Source of the DNA: Terriglobia bacterium
GTDB taxonomy: Bacteria; Acidobacteriota; Terriglobia; JAJPHL01; JAPKYU01
DNA: 64,000 nucleotides
Direction of reading: 5' to 3'
Assembly: GCA_965223005.1 (NCBI GenBank)
Contig: CBDCVK010000010.1
Coordinates: forward strand, 1,280,001 to 1,344,000
The notes below the pieces were generated by a model. The model saw only the letters and a list, made by a program, of their open reading frames with translations. It searched no databases and had not been told where the DNA came from. Made by a program: the position numbers and the translations under genes. Shown one piece after another: positions 40,313 to 52,625 of the stretch (position 1 is the stretch's first letter; every line of letters begins with the position of its first letter).

Positions 40313-40609
40313 TCACGCCCTGGGCGCCGGAGCGGTCGCCCTTTCGGCTACCTTCACTGCGTGCCCGCGGAATGTGCGGGTGGGGGAGAACTCGCCCAGC
40401 TTGTGCCCGACCATGTTCTCGGTGACATACACCGGAATGAACTTCCTCCCCTGATGAATGCCGATGGTGTGCCCCACGAATTCGGGAATCACAGTGGAAC
40501 GCCGCGACCAAGTGCGTACTACCTTCTTCTCATTGCGCCGGTTCAGCACCTCGATCTTGCGCTGAAGGTGCTCATCCACAAACGGTCCTTTTTTCAACGA
40601 ACGGCTCAT
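40313..40609 (-). CDS. rpsS: 30S ribosomal protein S19
   Basis: [16 protein letters not shown] and MVGHKLGEF. Confidence 0.98.
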   Translation of the reverse strand: MSRSLKKGPFVDEHLQRKIEVLNRRNEKKVVRTWSRRSTVIPEFVGHTIGIHQGRKFIPVYVTENMVGHKLGEFSPTRTFRGHAVKVAERATAPAPRA

Positions 40610-40618
40610 TGTGCCCGC

Positions 40619-41446
40619 CTATTTTTTCCTCCGCCGCGTCACGATCCAGCGGCCTGTCCGCTTGTTGCGACGCGTCTTGTACCCGCGCGTCGGTTGCCCC
40701 CAGGGGGTGACTGGGTGGCGTCCGCCGGAGCTCTTTCCCTCGCCACCGCCATGGGGATGGTCCACCGGGTTCATGACCACGCCGCGGTTGTGCGGACGGC
40801 GGCCCAGCCAGCGGTTCCGCCCGGCCTTGCCCAGCGAGATGCCCTCGTGGTCCAGGTTCCCCACCTGTCCGATGGTGGCGTAGCATTCGGCCGGCACCTT
40901 GCGTATTTCTCCGGAAGGCAGCTTTAGCAGCGCGTAGTCGCCTTCTTTGGACAGCAGTTGGGCCGACGCGCCCGCGCTGCGCGCCATCTGCCCGCCCTTT
41001 CCCGGCCGCAGCTCGATATTGTGCACCGTGGTGCCGGGCGGGATCGAGAGCATCGGCAGGGCGTTGCCCGTCAGAATATCGGCCTCCGGCCCACTCATCA
41101 CCGTGCTGCCGACCGTCAGGCCCACTGGATGCAGAATGTAGCGCTTCTCGCCATCGCGATAATGCAGCAGCGCAATGCGCGCGGAGCGATTCGGGTCATA
41201 TTCAACCGAGGCCACCTTGGCCGGAACGCCGAGCTTCTCGCGGCGAAAATCAATCAGGCGCAGCTTCCGTTTGTGGCCTCCGCCGCGAAACCACATCGTG
41301 ATCTGGCCCCGATTGTTGCGCCCGCCGCTTTTCCTCAACGGCTCAGTCAGTGACTTCAGCGGTCTCTCCGCTGTAATCTCCTCTCGGGTCAGAGCGGTCT
41401 GAAACCGCCGGGTGGCAGTCGTTGGCCTGTATTTTTTGATGCCCAT
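40619..41446 (-). CDS. rplB: 50S ribosomal protein L2
   Basis: [15 protein letters not shown] and [13 protein letters not shown]. Confidence 0.98.
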   Translation of the reverse strand: MGIKKYRPTTATRRFQTALTREEITAERPLKSLTEPLRKSGGRNNRGQITMWFRGGGHKRKLRLIDFRREKLGVPAKVASVEYDPNRSARIALLHYRDGEKRYILHPVGLTVGSTVMSGPEADILTGNALPMLSIPPGTTVHNIELRPGKGGQMARSAGASAQLLSKEGDYALLKLPSGEIRKVPAECYATIGQVGNLDHEGISLGKAGRNRWLGRRPHNRGVVMNPVDHPHGGGEGKSSGGRHPVTPWGQPTRGYKTRRNKRTGRWIVTRRRKK

Positions 41447-41465
41447 CGTGCTTCCTGCGCCGACC

Positions 41466-41759
41466 TTAGCCGGCTTCGGCGAAGTCCACCATCTTCTCGC
41501 CTTCTTTCAGCCGCACGTACGCCTTTTTCCAGTCGCGGCGATAGCCGGCGAAGCGCCCCCGCCGCCGCTGCTTGCCAGGGAAATTCGCTGTCTGCACTGA
41601 GGAGACCTTCACCTTGAAGATCTTCTGCACGGCCTGCTTGATTTCTGTCTTGGTGGCGTCCACCTGCACCTCGAAACACAGCGTTCGCTTGTCCTGCTTT
41701 TGGTCCACCGCCTTTTCGGTGATCAGCGGCCGCCTCAGAATCTGCCAGACCTCTTTCAC
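41466..41759 (-). CDS. rplW: 50S ribosomal protein L23
   Basis: GTG start overlapping the rplD stop; PLITEKA, ATKTEIK and WKKAYVRL. Confidence 0.96.
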   Translation of the reverse strand: MKEVWQILRRPLITEKAVDQKQDKRTLCFEVQVDATKTEIKQAVQKIFKVKVSSVQTANFPGKQRRRGRFAGYRRDWKKAYVRLKEGEKMVDFAEAG

Positions 41760-42382
41760 GGTTTCAGCGCCTCCTGGAGGCGGCTGACCGCCGGCTGGGA
41801 GATCCAAACCTGCTCCGAGCGCAGCAGGTCGTAGGGATGCACCTCTCGCGCCAGTCGGAACTGCACATTCTCAAGGTTCCGGCTGGAAAGATCCAGGTTG
41901 CGATCCTGCGTGGTGTCCACCAGCAACAGCGTGCGGTCCACCTCAAAGCGTTCCAGCAGGCGGCAGAAGTCCCGGGTCTTGTGAGAATCAACCCGCAGTT
42001 CGTCGAGCACGGTCAGCTTCCGCGCCGCCAGCTTCACCGACAGCGCCGAGCGCAGCGCCCCCAGCAGCATCTTCTTCGGCAGCCGGTAAGAGTAGTCACG
42101 CGGCTTCGGCCCGTGCACCGTACCACCATGCCGCCACAAGGGCGAGCGGATGCTCCCGATCCGAGCCCGCCCGGTGCCCTTCTGCCGCCACGGTTTCTTG
42201 CCGCTGCCGGAAACCTCGGCTCGCGTCTTGCTCTTATGGGTGCCGCGCCGCAGGCCGGCCAGATGGTGGTGGACCGCCTGGTACAGCAAGGCCGGATTTG
42301 GCCGTACCGCGAACACTTCCTCGGCCAGATCCACTTCGCCGACCTTCTCCCGCTTTAGATTGAGTACCTCTATTCTAGGCAT
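41756..42382 (-). CDS. rplD: 50S ribosomal protein L4
   Basis: RGTHKSKTRAEV, KPWRQKGTGRAR and GGTVHGPKP. Confidence 0.98.
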   Translation of the reverse strand: MPRIEVLNLKREKVGEVDLAEEVFAVRPNPALLYQAVHHHLAGLRRGTHKSKTRAEVSGSGKKPWRQKGTGRARIGSIRSPLWRHGGTVHGPKPRDYSYRLPKKMLLGALRSALSVKLAARKLTVLDELRVDSHKTRDFCRLLERFEVDRTLLLVDTTQDRNLDLSSRNLENVQFRLAREVHPYDLLRSEQVWISQPAVSRLQEALKP

Positions 42383-42396
42383 CCCCGGACCTCTGT

Positions 42397-43059
42397 CTAA
42401 CTACCAGAAGAAGCCTCCTTGGTAGAAACGGCCCTGCTGCGACGGACCATGACGTAGCCTCCGTCGGGTCCCGGAACGGCGCCCCGCACCACAAGCAGAT
42501 CGTCGTCCACGTCCACCTGAACCACTTCCAGGTTCCGCACCGTCACTCGGGCGTGGCCCATCTGCCCTGCCATGCGCGTCCCTTTCCAGACCCGCGAAGG
42601 GTAGGAGGAGGCGCCAATGGAACCCGGCGCGCGATGGAACATCGAGCCGTGGCTGGCATCTCCGCCGCGGAAGTGGTGCCGTTTGACGAAGCCCGCAAAG
42701 CCCCGGCCTTTGCTCACCCCGATGACGTCCACCTTGTCGCTGAGCTGGAACAACTCCACGGTGATGCGGTCGCCCACTTTGGTCTGCTGGTCATCCGAGG
42801 CCAGGGGAAACTCCCGCAGAATCCGCGCCGGCTCCACCCCGGCCTTGCGGAAATGGCCCGCGCGCGGTCGGTTCACCCGCTGCGGCTTGACGAATTCCAC
42901 CAGCCCAAGCTGCGCCGCCTCATAGCCGTCCCTGGCCGCCGTCTTCTTTTGAACCACCACGCAGGGGCCAGCCTTCAATACCGTCACCGGCACCACTTGT
43001 CCGTCGGGTGCAAAGATCTGCGTCATTCCCATCTTCTTGCCAATGATGCCTGTGACCAT
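42397..43059 (-). CDS. rplC: 50S ribosomal protein L3
   Basis: [24 protein letters not shown] and GAVPG. Confidence 0.98.
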   Translation of the reverse strand: MVTGIIGKKMGMTQIFAPDGQVVPVTVLKAGPCVVVQKKTAARDGYEAAQLGLVEFVKPQRVNRPRAGHFRKAGVEPARILREFPLASDDQQTKVGDRITVELFQLSDKVDVIGVSKGRGFAGFVKRHHFRGGDASHGSMFHRAPGSIGASSYPSRVWKGTRMAGQMGHARVTVRNLEVVQVDVDDDLLVVRGAVPGPDGGYVMVRRSRAVSTKEASSGS

Positions 43060-43115
43060 ACTGATCGCTCCGGCCTGACCGCTCCGGCTACCGGCGAGGC
43101 TCCCTTGTAGAACTC

Positions 43116-43442
43116 CTACTTATGGTCCTTGCCGAACGTCTTGATTTCCACATCCACCCCGGCTGGCAGGTCCAGCTTCATCAGGGCCTCAACGGTTTGC
43201 GGCGTGGGCTCCAGGATGTCCAGCAGCCGCTTGTGGGTGCGAATTTCGAACTGCTCCCTCGATTTCTTGTCGACGTGCGGGGAGCGCAGCACGCAATACT
43301 TGTTCCTCAGGGTGGGCAGCGGGATCGGCCCCGCCACCTGGGCGCCGGTGCGCTTGGCCGTGTCCACGATCTCGCTGGTGGACTGGTCCAGGACGCGGTG
43401 ATCGTAAGCCTTCAGACGAATGCGAATCCGTTCCTGTGCCAT
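43116..43442 (-). CDS. rpsJ: 30S ribosomal protein S10
   Basis: [16 protein letters not shown] and [14 protein letters not shown]. Confidence 0.98.
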   Translation of the reverse strand: MAQERIRIRLKAYDHRVLDQSTSEIVDTAKRTGAQVAGPIPLPTLRNKYCVLRSPHVDKKSREQFEIRTHKRLLDILEPTPQTVEALMKLDLPAGVDVEIKTFGKDHK

Positions 43443-43446
43443 TCAG

Positions 43447-44634
<1,188 letters not shown>

Positions 44635-44715
44635 CGTCGCCTCGACTCCTCTGCGTTGTCTTAAACCTCGTTGGCCCGCACATGGCCAGCGCCCGCCGGG
44701 TTCGCTCCTGCGGCC

Positions 44716-46806
44716 TTAGCGCGGCACGGGACTGCCTTGCATCCGGGCAATGATCTCCTCGGCGATGGCCCGCGGCACCACGTCGTAGCGCAGGAAATGC
44801 ATGGAGTGGCTGCCGCGCCCCTGGGTGCGGGAGCGCATGTCGGTCGCATAGCCGAACATCTCGGCCAGCGGCACCACCGCCTTGATTACCTGGCTGCCTG
44901 CGCGCAGTTCCATGCCCTCGATGCGACCACGGCGCCCGTTCAAGTCGCCCATCACATCGCCCATGTATTCCTCGGGCACTACCACCTCGACACTCATCAC
45001 TGGCTCCAACAACTGCGGTCCGGCCCGGCGGGCCGCCTCCTTGAATCCCATGGAGGCCGCGATCTTGAAGGCTATCTCCGAGCTGTCCACTTCATGATAG
45101 CTGCCGTCGAGCAGTGTCACTCGCAGGTCCACCAATTCATAGCCGGCCAGGATGCCGCCTTCCATGGCTTCCTTGATGCCAGCCTCGATGGCAGAAAAGT
45201 ATTCCCTGGGGATCGCGCCACCGTAGATCTCGTTCACAAACTCGAAGCCCACGCCGGCCACCGGCTCGACTTCCAGCTTGACGTGGCCGTACTGGCCGCG
45301 TCCCCCGGTCTGCCGGATATACCTGCCTTCGGCGCCGGCCCGCTTGCGGAGAGTCTCGCGATAGGCCACCTGAGGCTTGCCGACATTGGCCCCTACGTTG
45401 AATTCCCGCATCATGCGGTCCACCAAGATTTCCAGGTGCAGTTCGCCCATTCCGGAGATGATCGTCTGGCCGCTGTCGGGATCGGTGTGGACCTTGAAGG
45501 TGGGATCTTCCAAAGTCAGCTTGCCCAACGCCACACCCAGCTTTTGCTGATCGGCCTTGGTTTTGGGTTCCACGGCCACCGAGATCACTGGGGTGGGAAA
45601 TTCGATGGATTCCAGTATCACCGGCGCCTTCTCATCACAGATGGTGTCGCCGGTGGCGACTCTTTTCAGACCCGCGGCCGCGGCAATGTCGCCGGCCAAC
45701 ACCTCGCTGACTTCCTCGCGCTTGTTGGCGTGCATACGCAGAAGACGGCCAATGCGCTCCCGGCGCTTGCGGGCCACGTTGTAGATGGCGGAGCCAGCCT
45801 CCAAGGTTCCGGAATAGACGCGAAGGAAGGCTAGCTGCCCCACGTAGGGATCGGTCACGAGCTTGAAAACTAGCGCAGCAAACGGAGCGGCATCGTCAGC
45901 GGGCCGCTCGATTGGCGCATCGGTCTCCGGGTGCAGGCCCTCTACCGGAGGAATGTCTGCTGGTGAAGGCAGGTAGTCCAACACCGCATCCAGCAGCGGT
46001 TGCACGCCCTTATTCTTGAAGGAGGCGCCGCAAAGAACCGGCACCAGCTTCAAAGCGATGGTTTCGCGCCGCAACGCCGCCCGCAGCTCTACCACCGGAA
46101 TTTCCTGGCCGTGCAGGTACTTCTCGAGCAGGGCATCGTCGCGCTCGCAGATGGTTTCCACCATCTTCTCGCGGTAGGCCTTGGCCTGGGCGGCGTACTC
46201 TGGCGGGATTTCGCGCTCCTCGTACTCGTCCCCCAGCGTATCTCCGCCGTACAGAATCGCTTTCATGGTCATCAGGTCAATGACGCCCTCAAACTTCTCC
46301 TCGCTTCCCACGGGGTATTGAATGGCAACGGGATGGGCGCTGAGGCGGGTACGGATCATCGACAGGCATCGGTCAAAGTCGGCCCCCACGCGGTCCATCT
46401 TGTTGACAAAACAGATGCGCGGAACACCGTACTTGTCGGCCTGCCGCCAGACGGTCTCTGACTGCGGCTGGACGCCGGCCACCGCATCAAACAGGGCCAC
46501 GGCTCCGTCCAGCACCCGCAGCGAGCGTTCCACCTCGGCCGTGAAATCCACGTGGCCCGGCGTGTCGATGATATTAATGGACACATCTTTCCAGTAGCAG
46601 GTAATGGCGGCGGAGGTGATGGTGATGCCGCGCTCCTGCTCCTGTTCCATCCAGTCCATAATTGCGGTGCCCTCGTCCACCTCCCCAATCCGGTGCGTCC
46701 GTCCCGTGTAGTAGAGGATGCGCTCGGTCGTAGTGGTCTTTCCGGCATCAATGTGCGCCATGATGCCGATATTCCGTGTCTTCTCCAGGGCGACCGTTCG
46801 CGCCAT
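44716..46806 (-). CDS. fusA: Elongation factor G
   Basis: [30 protein letters not shown] and GMGELHL. Confidence 0.98.
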   Translation of the reverse strand: MARTVALEKTRNIGIMAHIDAGKTTTTERILYYTGRTHRIGEVDEGTAIMDWMEQEQERGITITSAAITCYWKDVSINIIDTPGHVDFTAEVERSLRVLDGAVALFDAVAGVQPQSETVWRQADKYGVPRICFVNKMDRVGADFDRCLSMIRTRLSAHPVAIQYPVGSEEKFEGVIDLMTMKAILYGGDTLGDEYEEREIPPEYAAQAKAYREKMVETICERDDALLEKYLHGQEIPVVELRAALRRETIALKLVPVLCGASFKNKGVQPLLDAVLDYLPSPADIPPVEGLHPETDAPIERPADDAAPFAALVFKLVTDPYVGQLAFLRVYSGTLEAGSAIYNVARKRRERIGRLLRMHANKREEVSEVLAGDIAAAAGLKRVATGDTICDEKAPVILESIEFPTPVISVAVEPKTKADQQKLGVALGKLTLEDPTFKVHTDPDSGQTIISGMGELHLEILVDRMMREFNVGANVGKPQVAYRETLRKRAGAEGRYIRQTGGRGQYGHVKLEVEPVAGVGFEFVNEIYGGAIPREYFSAIEAGIKEAMEGGILAGYELVDLRVTLLDGSYHEVDSSEIAFKIAASMGFKEAARRAGPQLLEPVMSVEVVVPEEYMGDVMGDLNGRRGRIEGMELRAGSQVIKAVVPLAEMFGYATDMRSRTQGRGSHSMHFLRYDVVPRAIAEEIIARMQGSPVPR

Positions 46807-46814
46807 GACTTTTC

Positions 46815-46916
46815 AGAATGAAGAGCGAGGAATGAAAAGTGAAGCATCAGCCCAGAACCCACCGGACCCATCTACCACTTCATTCAGAACTCTTACCTCT
46901 TCCTTCTCCCTTCCCC
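46815..46916. repeat. Inverted heptamer repeat tracts in the rpsG-fusA spacer
   Basis: agaatga agagcga ggaatga aaagtga ... cacttca ttcagaa ctcttac ctcttcc ttctccc. Confidence 0.6.
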
Positions 46917-47387
46917 TTACCAGCGATAGTGAGCAAACGCTTTGTTGGCGTCCGCCATTCGGTGCGTCTCATCTTTTTTCTTCATGGCGCCGCCCCGGTT
47001 GCTGGCAGCGTCCATGATTTCTCCAGTCAGCTTCTCCACCATACTCTTCTCGCTGCGACCGCGCGCGTAGGCGAGCAGCCAGCGGATGCTGAGGCTGGTG
47101 CGGCGGTTGCTGTTCACTTCTACTGGCACCTGATAGTTGGCGCCGCCTACGCGCCGGGTCTTGACCTCCAGCAGCGGCCTGCAGTTTTCCACCGCCTTCT
47201 TGAACACCTTGACCGGGTCGTCGTTGGTCCGCTGCCGGATATTGTCCATCGAGGTGTAGAAGATCTTCTCGGCCACCGATTTCTTGCCATCCCACATCAT
47301 GCAACTGATGAATTTCCGCACCAGTGTGCTGCTATACAAAGGGTCCGACAGGACCTCACGGCGATCGACCATGCCTTTGCGTGGCAT
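46917..47387 (-). CDS. rpsG: 30S ribosomal protein S7
   Basis: [21 protein letters not shown] and [10 protein letters not shown]. Confidence 0.98.
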   Translation of the reverse strand: MPRKGMVDRREVLSDPLYSSTLVRKFISCMMWDGKKSVAEKIFYTSMDNIRQRTNDDPVKVFKKAVENCRPLLEVKTRRVGGANYQVPVEVNSNRRTSLSIRWLLAYARGRSEKSMVEKLTGEIMDAASNRGGAMKKKDETHRMADANKAFAHYRW

Positions 47388-47428
47388 CGTTACACCTCAA
47401 ACCAAAGTTCGCCCGGGCGATTTCCCGA

Positions 47429-47803
47429 TCAAGTCTTGGGCCGCTTGGCGCCGTACTTGCTCCGGCCTTGTTTGCGGTCGCCGACCCCGGCCGCGTCCAA
47501 CGTTCCCCGGATGACGTGGTAGCGCACACCCGGTAAGTCCTTCACGCGGCCACCCCGAATGAGGACGATGGAGTGCTCCTGCAGGTTGTGGCCGACGCCA
47601 GGGATATAAGTGGTGACCTCGATGCTGTTGGTCAACCGCACCCGCGCCACCTTGCGCAAGGCCGAATTCGGCTTCTTGGGAGTCTGCGTGTACACGCGCG
47701 TGCAGACCCCTCGCTTCTGCGGACACTTCTGCAAGGCCGGGCTAGCCGTCTTATACCTGGGGGCGCGGCGCCCCAAGCGAACTAATTGATTGAACGTCGG
47801 CAC
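47429..47803 (-). CDS. rpsL: 30S ribosomal protein S12
   Basis: [11 protein letters not shown] and [12 protein letters not shown]; GTG start. Confidence 0.98.
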   Translation of the reverse strand: MPTFNQLVRLGRRAPRYKTASPALQKCPQKRGVCTRVYTQTPKKPNSALRKVARVRLTNSIEVTTYIPGVGHNLQEHSIVLIRGGRVKDLPGVRYHVIRGTLDAAGVGDRKQGRSKYGAKRPKT

Positions 47804-48140
47804 GAAACATCCTTATACCCCTGCTGGCTCGACACGCACAGAACCACTCAGAGGCTACTTTTGGTCTACCCGTACCTTGAGTTGTCTACCCGAGTGATCC
47901 CCCGCCTGGCGGGGACAGGCGCGCCATAATGATCCTGAACGGGTTCAGGACTTGGCGGCGTGCCTTAAGGTACCCCAAACAAGGGGGTAAATTGTGGCCC
48001 TTTCCAGCAACCCACCGGTTGAAGAACGGGACCTGCGAGGATCTCCCTTTCCGGGAAAGCTGAAAGACCAGCCGCTCCTTCCGGCCATGGCCTTGACCTT
48101 GCAAGGCGGTGGCCTACTGGGAGCTAGAAACTCCCGCAAA
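47804..48140 (-). ncRNA. Candidate structured 5' leader of the str operon
   Basis: Lies between the predicted promoter and rpsL; dense hairpins; no credible ORF. Confidence 0.4.
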
Positions 48141-48145
48141 GCGCC

Positions 48146-48174
48146 ACTATACCAGTGGCTATGAATTCGGTCAA
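48146..48174 (-). promoter_or_regulatory. Sigma-70 promoter for rpsL/str operon
   Basis: TTGACC-17 nt-TATAGT with extended -10 TG on the minus strand. Confidence 0.75.
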
Positions 48175-48213
48175 TAGCTGGATAAACCTTACTCAATCCA
48201 GGGAACGCGGATC

Positions 48214-48810
48214 CTATACGTGCAGGATATCTTTTTCCTTGACCGCTCCCAAATCCTCAACCTTCTTGACGTACTCGTCGGTCATTTTCTGCACATCCTC
48301 GTGAGCCTTGCGTTCTTCGTCCTCGCCGATCTTTTTTTCCTTGAGTAGGCGCTTGATCTGCTCGTTACCGTCACGGCGGATGTTGCGGACCGCGATCCGG
48401 TGATCCTCCAGGACGCGGTGCAGACGCTTGACCAGCTCTTTGCGCCGCTCCTCGGTCAGCGGCGGGATGGGCACCCGAATCAACTTGCCGTCGCTGACCG
48501 GATTGAGTCCCAGATCGGAAGCGCGGATGGCTTTCTCTACAGCGGCAATCTGAGAGACATCCCAGGGCTGCACGAGCAGCATGTTAGGCTCCGGGACGGT
48601 GAGGGTGGCCAGCTGGTTCACCGGCGTTGGCGTGCCGTAGTAGTCCACTGCGACATGGTCTAGCAAGCCAACCGTGGCCCGTCCCGTGCGAATGCTCGCC
48701 AGTTCCAGGCGCAGGTCTTGCAGCGTCTTCTCCATTCGCGAGTGGCTCTGGGCCTGGATGTCCCGTGCTGTCAACGCTTCGGCTTTGCCGGCTTCCTCCT
48801 TGTGCGCCAT
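48214..48810 (-). CDS. frr: Ribosome recycling factor
   Basis: IRTGRA, VDYYG, LGLNP, PPLTEERRK and VRNIRRD. Confidence 0.97.
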   Translation of the reverse strand: MAHKEEAGKAEALTARDIQAQSHSRMEKTLQDLRLELASIRTGRATVGLLDHVAVDYYGTPTPVNQLATLTVPEPNMLLVQPWDVSQIAAVEKAIRASDLGLNPVSDGKLIRVPIPPLTEERRKELVKRLHRVLEDHRIAVRNIRRDGNEQIKRLLKEKKIGEDEERKAHEDVQKMTDEYVKKVEDLGAVKEKDILHV

Positions 48811-48838
48811 GACTTCCACCTCCCCAAGAAGCAGCTTT

Positions 48839-48905
48839 GCTTAACTGACCAGGCTTAACTGACCAGGCTTAACTGACCAGGCTTAGACCAGGCTTAGCTG
48901 ACCAG
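48839..48905. repeat. 14-bp tandem array copying the pyrH 3' end
   Basis: (ttaactgaccaggc)x3 + ttagaccaggc + ttagctgaccagc. Confidence 0.95.
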
Positions 48906-49604
48906 CGAGCCGACCTTTTCCCCCAGCATCACGCGGCGCAGATTGCCAGACGGCTGCAGGTTGAACACTACAATTGGCAGGTTGTGATCGCGACACAGGC
49001 TGATCGCAGTGGAATCCATCACTCCCAGATCGCGCGAAATCACTTCTAGATAGGAGATCTGCGGGAACAACTTGGCGCCTTTCACCTTGAACGGGTCCGC
49101 ATCAAAGATCCCTTCCACCTTGGTCCCCTTCAGGATTACGTCCGCCTTGATCTCCATGGCGCGCAGGGCGGCGGCGGTGTCGGTGGAAAAGTAGGGGCTG
49201 CCGGTGCCGGCAGCAAAGATCACGATCCTGCCTTTTTCCAGGTGGCGAATCGCCCGACGGCGAATGAACAGCTCGGCCACCTGGCGCATCTCGATGGCCG
49301 TCATCAAGCGAGTGAAGCGTCCAATCTTCTCCAGCGCGTCCTGCAACGCCAGCCCGTTGATGACGGTGGCCAGCATGCCCATCTGGTCAGCGGCGACGCG
49401 GTCCATCTCGCGGGCGGATTCGGAGACGCCCCGGAAAAAATTACCGCCGCCCAACACGATGGCCAGCTCGACACCCAATTTTCGAACTTCGCCGATCTGG
49501 GTCGCTAGTTCCAGTACCGCTTCCGGATGGACGCCAAAACCCTGCCCGCCCGCCAGAGCTTCGCCACTCAACTTCAGCAGCACACGCTTGAAGATCGGCT
49601 GCAT
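48894..49604 (-). CDS. pyrH: UMP kinase
   Basis: [27 protein letters not shown] and [13 protein letters not shown]. Confidence 0.98.
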   Translation of the reverse strand: MQPIFKRVLLKLSGEALAGGQGFGVHPEAVLELATQIGEVRKLGVELAIVLGGGNFFRGVSESAREMDRVAADQMGMLATVINGLALQDALEKIGRFTRLMTAIEMRQVAELFIRRRAIRHLEKGRIVIFAAGTGSPYFSTDTAAALRAMEIKADVILKGTKVEGIFDADPFKVKGAKLFPQISYLEVISRDLGVMDSTAISLCRDHNLPIVVFNLQPSGNLRRVMLGEKVGSLVS

Positions 49605-49656
49605 CCGGCTCTTTCGAAGATCGGCTGGGCGAGCTTCCCTGGCCCGCCACGGCGGG

Positions 49657-50316
49657 CTACTGTGCCACCGCTTCGGGCACCGTTTCAGCCGGTGGCGGAA
49701 CCTGCGCCACCGACTCGCCTACCTTGAAGCGCACGAAGCGCCGCACGATGATGTTCTCTCCTACCTTGGCAATTTTGGAGGAAATCCAGTCGGCCACGTT
49801 CAGGCTCGGGTCTTTGATGAAATGCTGATCCAACAGGCAGAATTCTTGGTAGTACTTGTGGAGCTGGCCTTCTACGATGCGCTCGGCAACCTGCGGCGGC
49901 TTGCCCCCGGCCTCAGCTTTGGCGCGGGCGATGTCGCGTTCCTTCTCCAGCACTTCGGGGGGTACGTCTTCGCGGCGGATGTATCGCGGGTCCGTCGCCG
50001 CAATGTGCATGGCCAGGTCATGCACCAGTTCCTGAAATTCAGCGGTGCGGGCAACGAAATCGGTTTCGCAATTGACCTCCACCAGAACCCCAATCTTGCC
50101 GCCCGCGTGGATGTAGTTGCCCACGCTGCCTTCGGCGGTGGTCCGGCCGGCCTTTTTCTGCGCCGTGGCGATGCCCCTCTTCCGGAGCACCACTTCGGCC
50201 TCGGCCAGATCCGCCTTGGCATCGATCAGCGCCTTCCTGCACTCGAGCAACGGGGCTCCGGTTTTCTCCCGAAGCTGTTTCACCAGCTGCGCGCTAACCG
50301 TCCTTTCCTCTGCCAT
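49657..50316 (-). CDS. tsf: Elongation factor Ts (short form)
   Basis: [20 protein letters not shown] and [11 protein letters not shown]. Confidence 0.97.
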   Translation of the reverse strand: MAEERTVSAQLVKQLREKTGAPLLECRKALIDAKADLAEAEVVLRKRGIATAQKKAGRTTAEGSVGNYIHAGGKIGVLVEVNCETDFVARTAEFQELVHDLAMHIAATDPRYIRREDVPPEVLEKERDIARAKAEAGGKPPQVAERIVEGQLHKYYQEFCLLDQHFIKDPSLNVADWISSKIAKVGENIIVRRFVRFKVGESVAQVPPPAETVPEAVAQ

Positions 50317-50373
50317 TCTTCCTCTACTCTCCGGCTCTACTCTCCGGTCTTGCGAATCCTGTTCAGAACGACC

Positions 50374-51327
50374 TCAGGGAAGTTGCGCAGGTGGCTTCGC
50401 GGTGGCCAACGAGTGATCCTCATCCTGCCCCAAGTTCTCGCTCGCTTCCTCCACCACTTCCGGCACTCGTTCCGGTTCAGCTTGCGCCTCCGGGGCCTTG
50501 CCCGGTGCCTCGACTTCGCCTTCCACCGCTGCTTCCTCCTGGATTACTTCGGGCGCAGTCTTCACAAGAGAATAGTCAGTGTCGGCTGGCTCGGTTCCCT
50601 CTTCCTGCTCGGTCGCCTTCTCCGCCTCCAGCACCGCCTCCTTGGCCAGAGCGCGACCTTCAACGACAGAATCAGCAATCTTGGAGGTAAACAAGCGGAT
50701 GGCCCGAAGCGCGTCGTCGTTGCCCGGGATGACGAAATCCACCTCATCCGGGTCACAATTGGTGTCTACGATAGCCACCACCGGAATCCCCAGCTTGCGC
50801 GCCTCTCGTACGGCAATTTGTTCGTTCTGGGAATCAATCACAAAGAGCGCGTCCGGGAGCCCGGGAATGTCCTTAATACCCGACAGGTTCTGGTCCAGGT
50901 GCTTGCGCTCGCGCTCCAGCCGGACCACCTCTTTCTTCAGGAGCATCTCGAAGCGGCCGTCCTGGGCCATGGCCTCCAGCTCTTTCAGGCGCTTGATGGA
51001 CTTCTGCACCGTGGCGTAATTGGTCAGCAGCCCGCCCAGCCAGCGCTGGTTCACGAAGAACATTTCGCAACGCCGGGCCTCCTCGGCGATGGCTTCCTGT
51101 GCCTGCCGCTTAGTTCCAACAAACAGAACCGTCTTGCCCTGGGAAGCCAGCTCGGCAATGAACCTAGCCGCCTCCTTGAATAATTTCAGGGTCTTTTGCA
51201 GGTCAATGATGTAGATGCCGTTCCGCTCCCCGAAGATGTACTCCTTCATCTTGGGGTTCCACCGCCTGGTTTGATGCCCGAAGTGAACTCCAGCTTCGAG
51301 CAGCTCCTTCATGGTAATTGCCGGCAA
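50374..51327 (-). CDS. rpsB: 30S ribosomal protein S2 with acidic tail
   Basis: [28 protein letters not shown] and PGNDDA; TTG start after GGAGGAGG. Confidence 0.98.
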   Translation of the reverse strand: MPAITMKELLEAGVHFGHQTRRWNPKMKEYIFGERNGIYIIDLQKTLKLFKEAARFIAELASQGKTVLFVGTKRQAQEAIAEEARRCEMFFVNQRWLGGLLTNYATVQKSIKRLKELEAMAQDGRFEMLLKKEVVRLERERKHLDQNLSGIKDIPGLPDALFVIDSQNEQIAVREARKLGIPVVAIVDTNCDPDEVDFVIPGNDDALRAIRLFTSKIADSVVEGRALAKEAVLEAEKATEQEEGTEPADTDYSLVKTAPEVIQEEAAVEGEVEAPGKAPEAQAEPERVPEVVEEASENLGQDEDHSLATAKPPAQLP

Positions 51328-51538
51328 AACACCTCCTCCCGTCTCAACGGACGTAATGGAATCCTACTCCCGCCCACCTTGCCCACGTTGCGTGGACGGA
51401 CACAACTCCAATTTCTCCCGCGGGCCGCCAGCCTGCAGAGCTTCACCATCATTCCGTCAGGTGAAGATTCAGGTTCCTCTCCGGCACGCTTCCGCGCTCG
51501 AAAGCCCCGGCAAAAAAGCGCCCAGAGACCGCTTACGC

Positions 51539-52018
51539 TTAACGCTTAGAGTACTGGAAGCGTTTGCGCGCGCCGGGCTGGCCGTACTTCTTGCGCTCGT
51601 GGATGCGAGGGTCGCGGGTGAGGAAACCAAGCTTCTTGAGCTTTTTTCTCAAGTCGAGGTCGTATTCCAGCAGCGCACGCGCGATTCCTAGCCGGATCGC
51701 GTCCGCCTGGCCCGTGAGCCCGCCGCCGGCGGCGGTTGCCCGTATGTCCAATTTCCCCACCAGCTCCACGGCCTGGAGTGGCTGTTGGATGATGGTCTGC
51801 ATCGCCCGGCCGGGGAAGTACTGCTCCAGGGGTCTCCCGTTCACCACCATCTCGCCTGGGCCCGTCCGAAGGAACACACGCGCTACGCTCTTCTTACGAC
51901 GGCCCGTCCCGTAGAACTGCCTCCCGCCAGCCGGCATCTCCACCCCAGTGAGTTGCGGTTGCGGCTGCGGGTCTTGCAGTTGTTGCTGCTCCTGTGTTTG
52001 CTCGCTCTCCTCAGTCAT
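51539..52018 (-). CDS. rpsI: 30S ribosomal protein S9 with Gln/Pro-rich N-terminus
   Basis: GTGRRKKSVARV, GGGLTGQA and ERKKYG..ARKRFQYSKR. Confidence 0.97.
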   Translation of the reverse strand: MTEESEQTQEQQQLQDPQPQPQLTGVEMPAGGRQFYGTGRRKKSVARVFLRTGPGEMVVNGRPLEQYFPGRAMQTIIQQPLQAVELVGKLDIRATAAGGGLTGQADAIRLGIARALLEYDLDLRKKLKKLGFLTRDPRIHERKKYGQPGARKRFQYSKR

Positions 52019-52047
52019 GTCCTAACCTTAGTCATGTCCTAACCTTC
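52013..52047. repeat. 17-bp tandem duplication of the rpsI RBS and start codon
   Basis: agtcatgtcctaacctt x2. Confidence 0.9.
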
Positions 52048-52065
52048 GAGCTACATCTGCTCTGT

Positions 52066-52494
52066 TCACCAACCAAGCACCTCCGGCGTCTGTGCTTGAT
52101 GCGGGTGCTTGTCGCCCACATAGACGCGCAACTTGCGCGCCATAGCTTTGCCCAGCTTGGTCTTGGGAAGCATGCCTTTGACGGCCTTCTCAACCATGCG
52201 GGTCGGACGCCGGGCCAGCAGGTGCCGCGCCCGCTGCTCCACCAGTCCTCCCGGATAGCCGGTATGATGACGATAAATCTTTTTCTCAAGTTTCTGCCCC
52301 GTCAGACGGACCTTGGAAGCATTAATCACCACCACGTGGTCGCCGGTGTCCAAAAACGTGGTGTACTGCGGCTTGTGCTTGCCCATCAAGATCACGGCCA
52401 CGCGCGCAGCCAAGCGCCCCAGCACTTGGCCTTCGGCGTCCACCACAAACCACTTCCGCACTACCTGGCCCGCAGTTGGAACGTACGTTGACAT
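52066..52494 (-). CDS. rplM: 50S ribosomal protein L13
   Basis: [27 protein letters not shown] and GMLPK. Confidence 0.98.
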   Translation of the reverse strand: MSTYVPTAGQVVRKWFVVDAEGQVLGRLAARVAVILMGKHKPQYTTFLDTGDHVVVINASKVRLTGQKLEKKIYRHHTGYPGGLVEQRARHLLARRPTRMVEKAVKGMLPKTKLGKAMARKLRVYVGDKHPHQAQTPEVLGW

Positions 52495-52532
52495 CCAGTC
52501 GAAATCCTCCCCTTCCCCGGTGCAAAACTATT

Positions 52533-52561
52533 AATGTACTGGAACTCCCGCAGGATGTCAA
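52533..52561 (-). promoter_or_regulatory. Sigma-70 promoter for rplM
   Basis: TTGACA-17 nt-TACATT on the minus strand. Confidence 0.75.
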
Positions 52562-52625
52562 ACCCGCCAGTTCAGAGCTGCCCAATCCATGGGGCACGAC
52601 GGGAAGCGCCGACACCCATCAAGGT

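Noticed and set aside
48839-48905. Short repeats as a CRISPR array
   Set aside because: Units are 10-21 bp, directly tandem with no spacers, and no cas genes are present.
49657-50316. EF-Ts looks truncated at 219 aa
   Set aside because: The short dimeric EF-Ts form is established in several phyla, for example Thermus.
49204-51183. 659-aa plus-strand ORF, and similar long ORFs at 25970-27346, 43420-44664, 44671-45834 and 36829-37872
   Set aside because: Antisense shadows of conserved genes in GC-rich DNA; no motifs or RBS.
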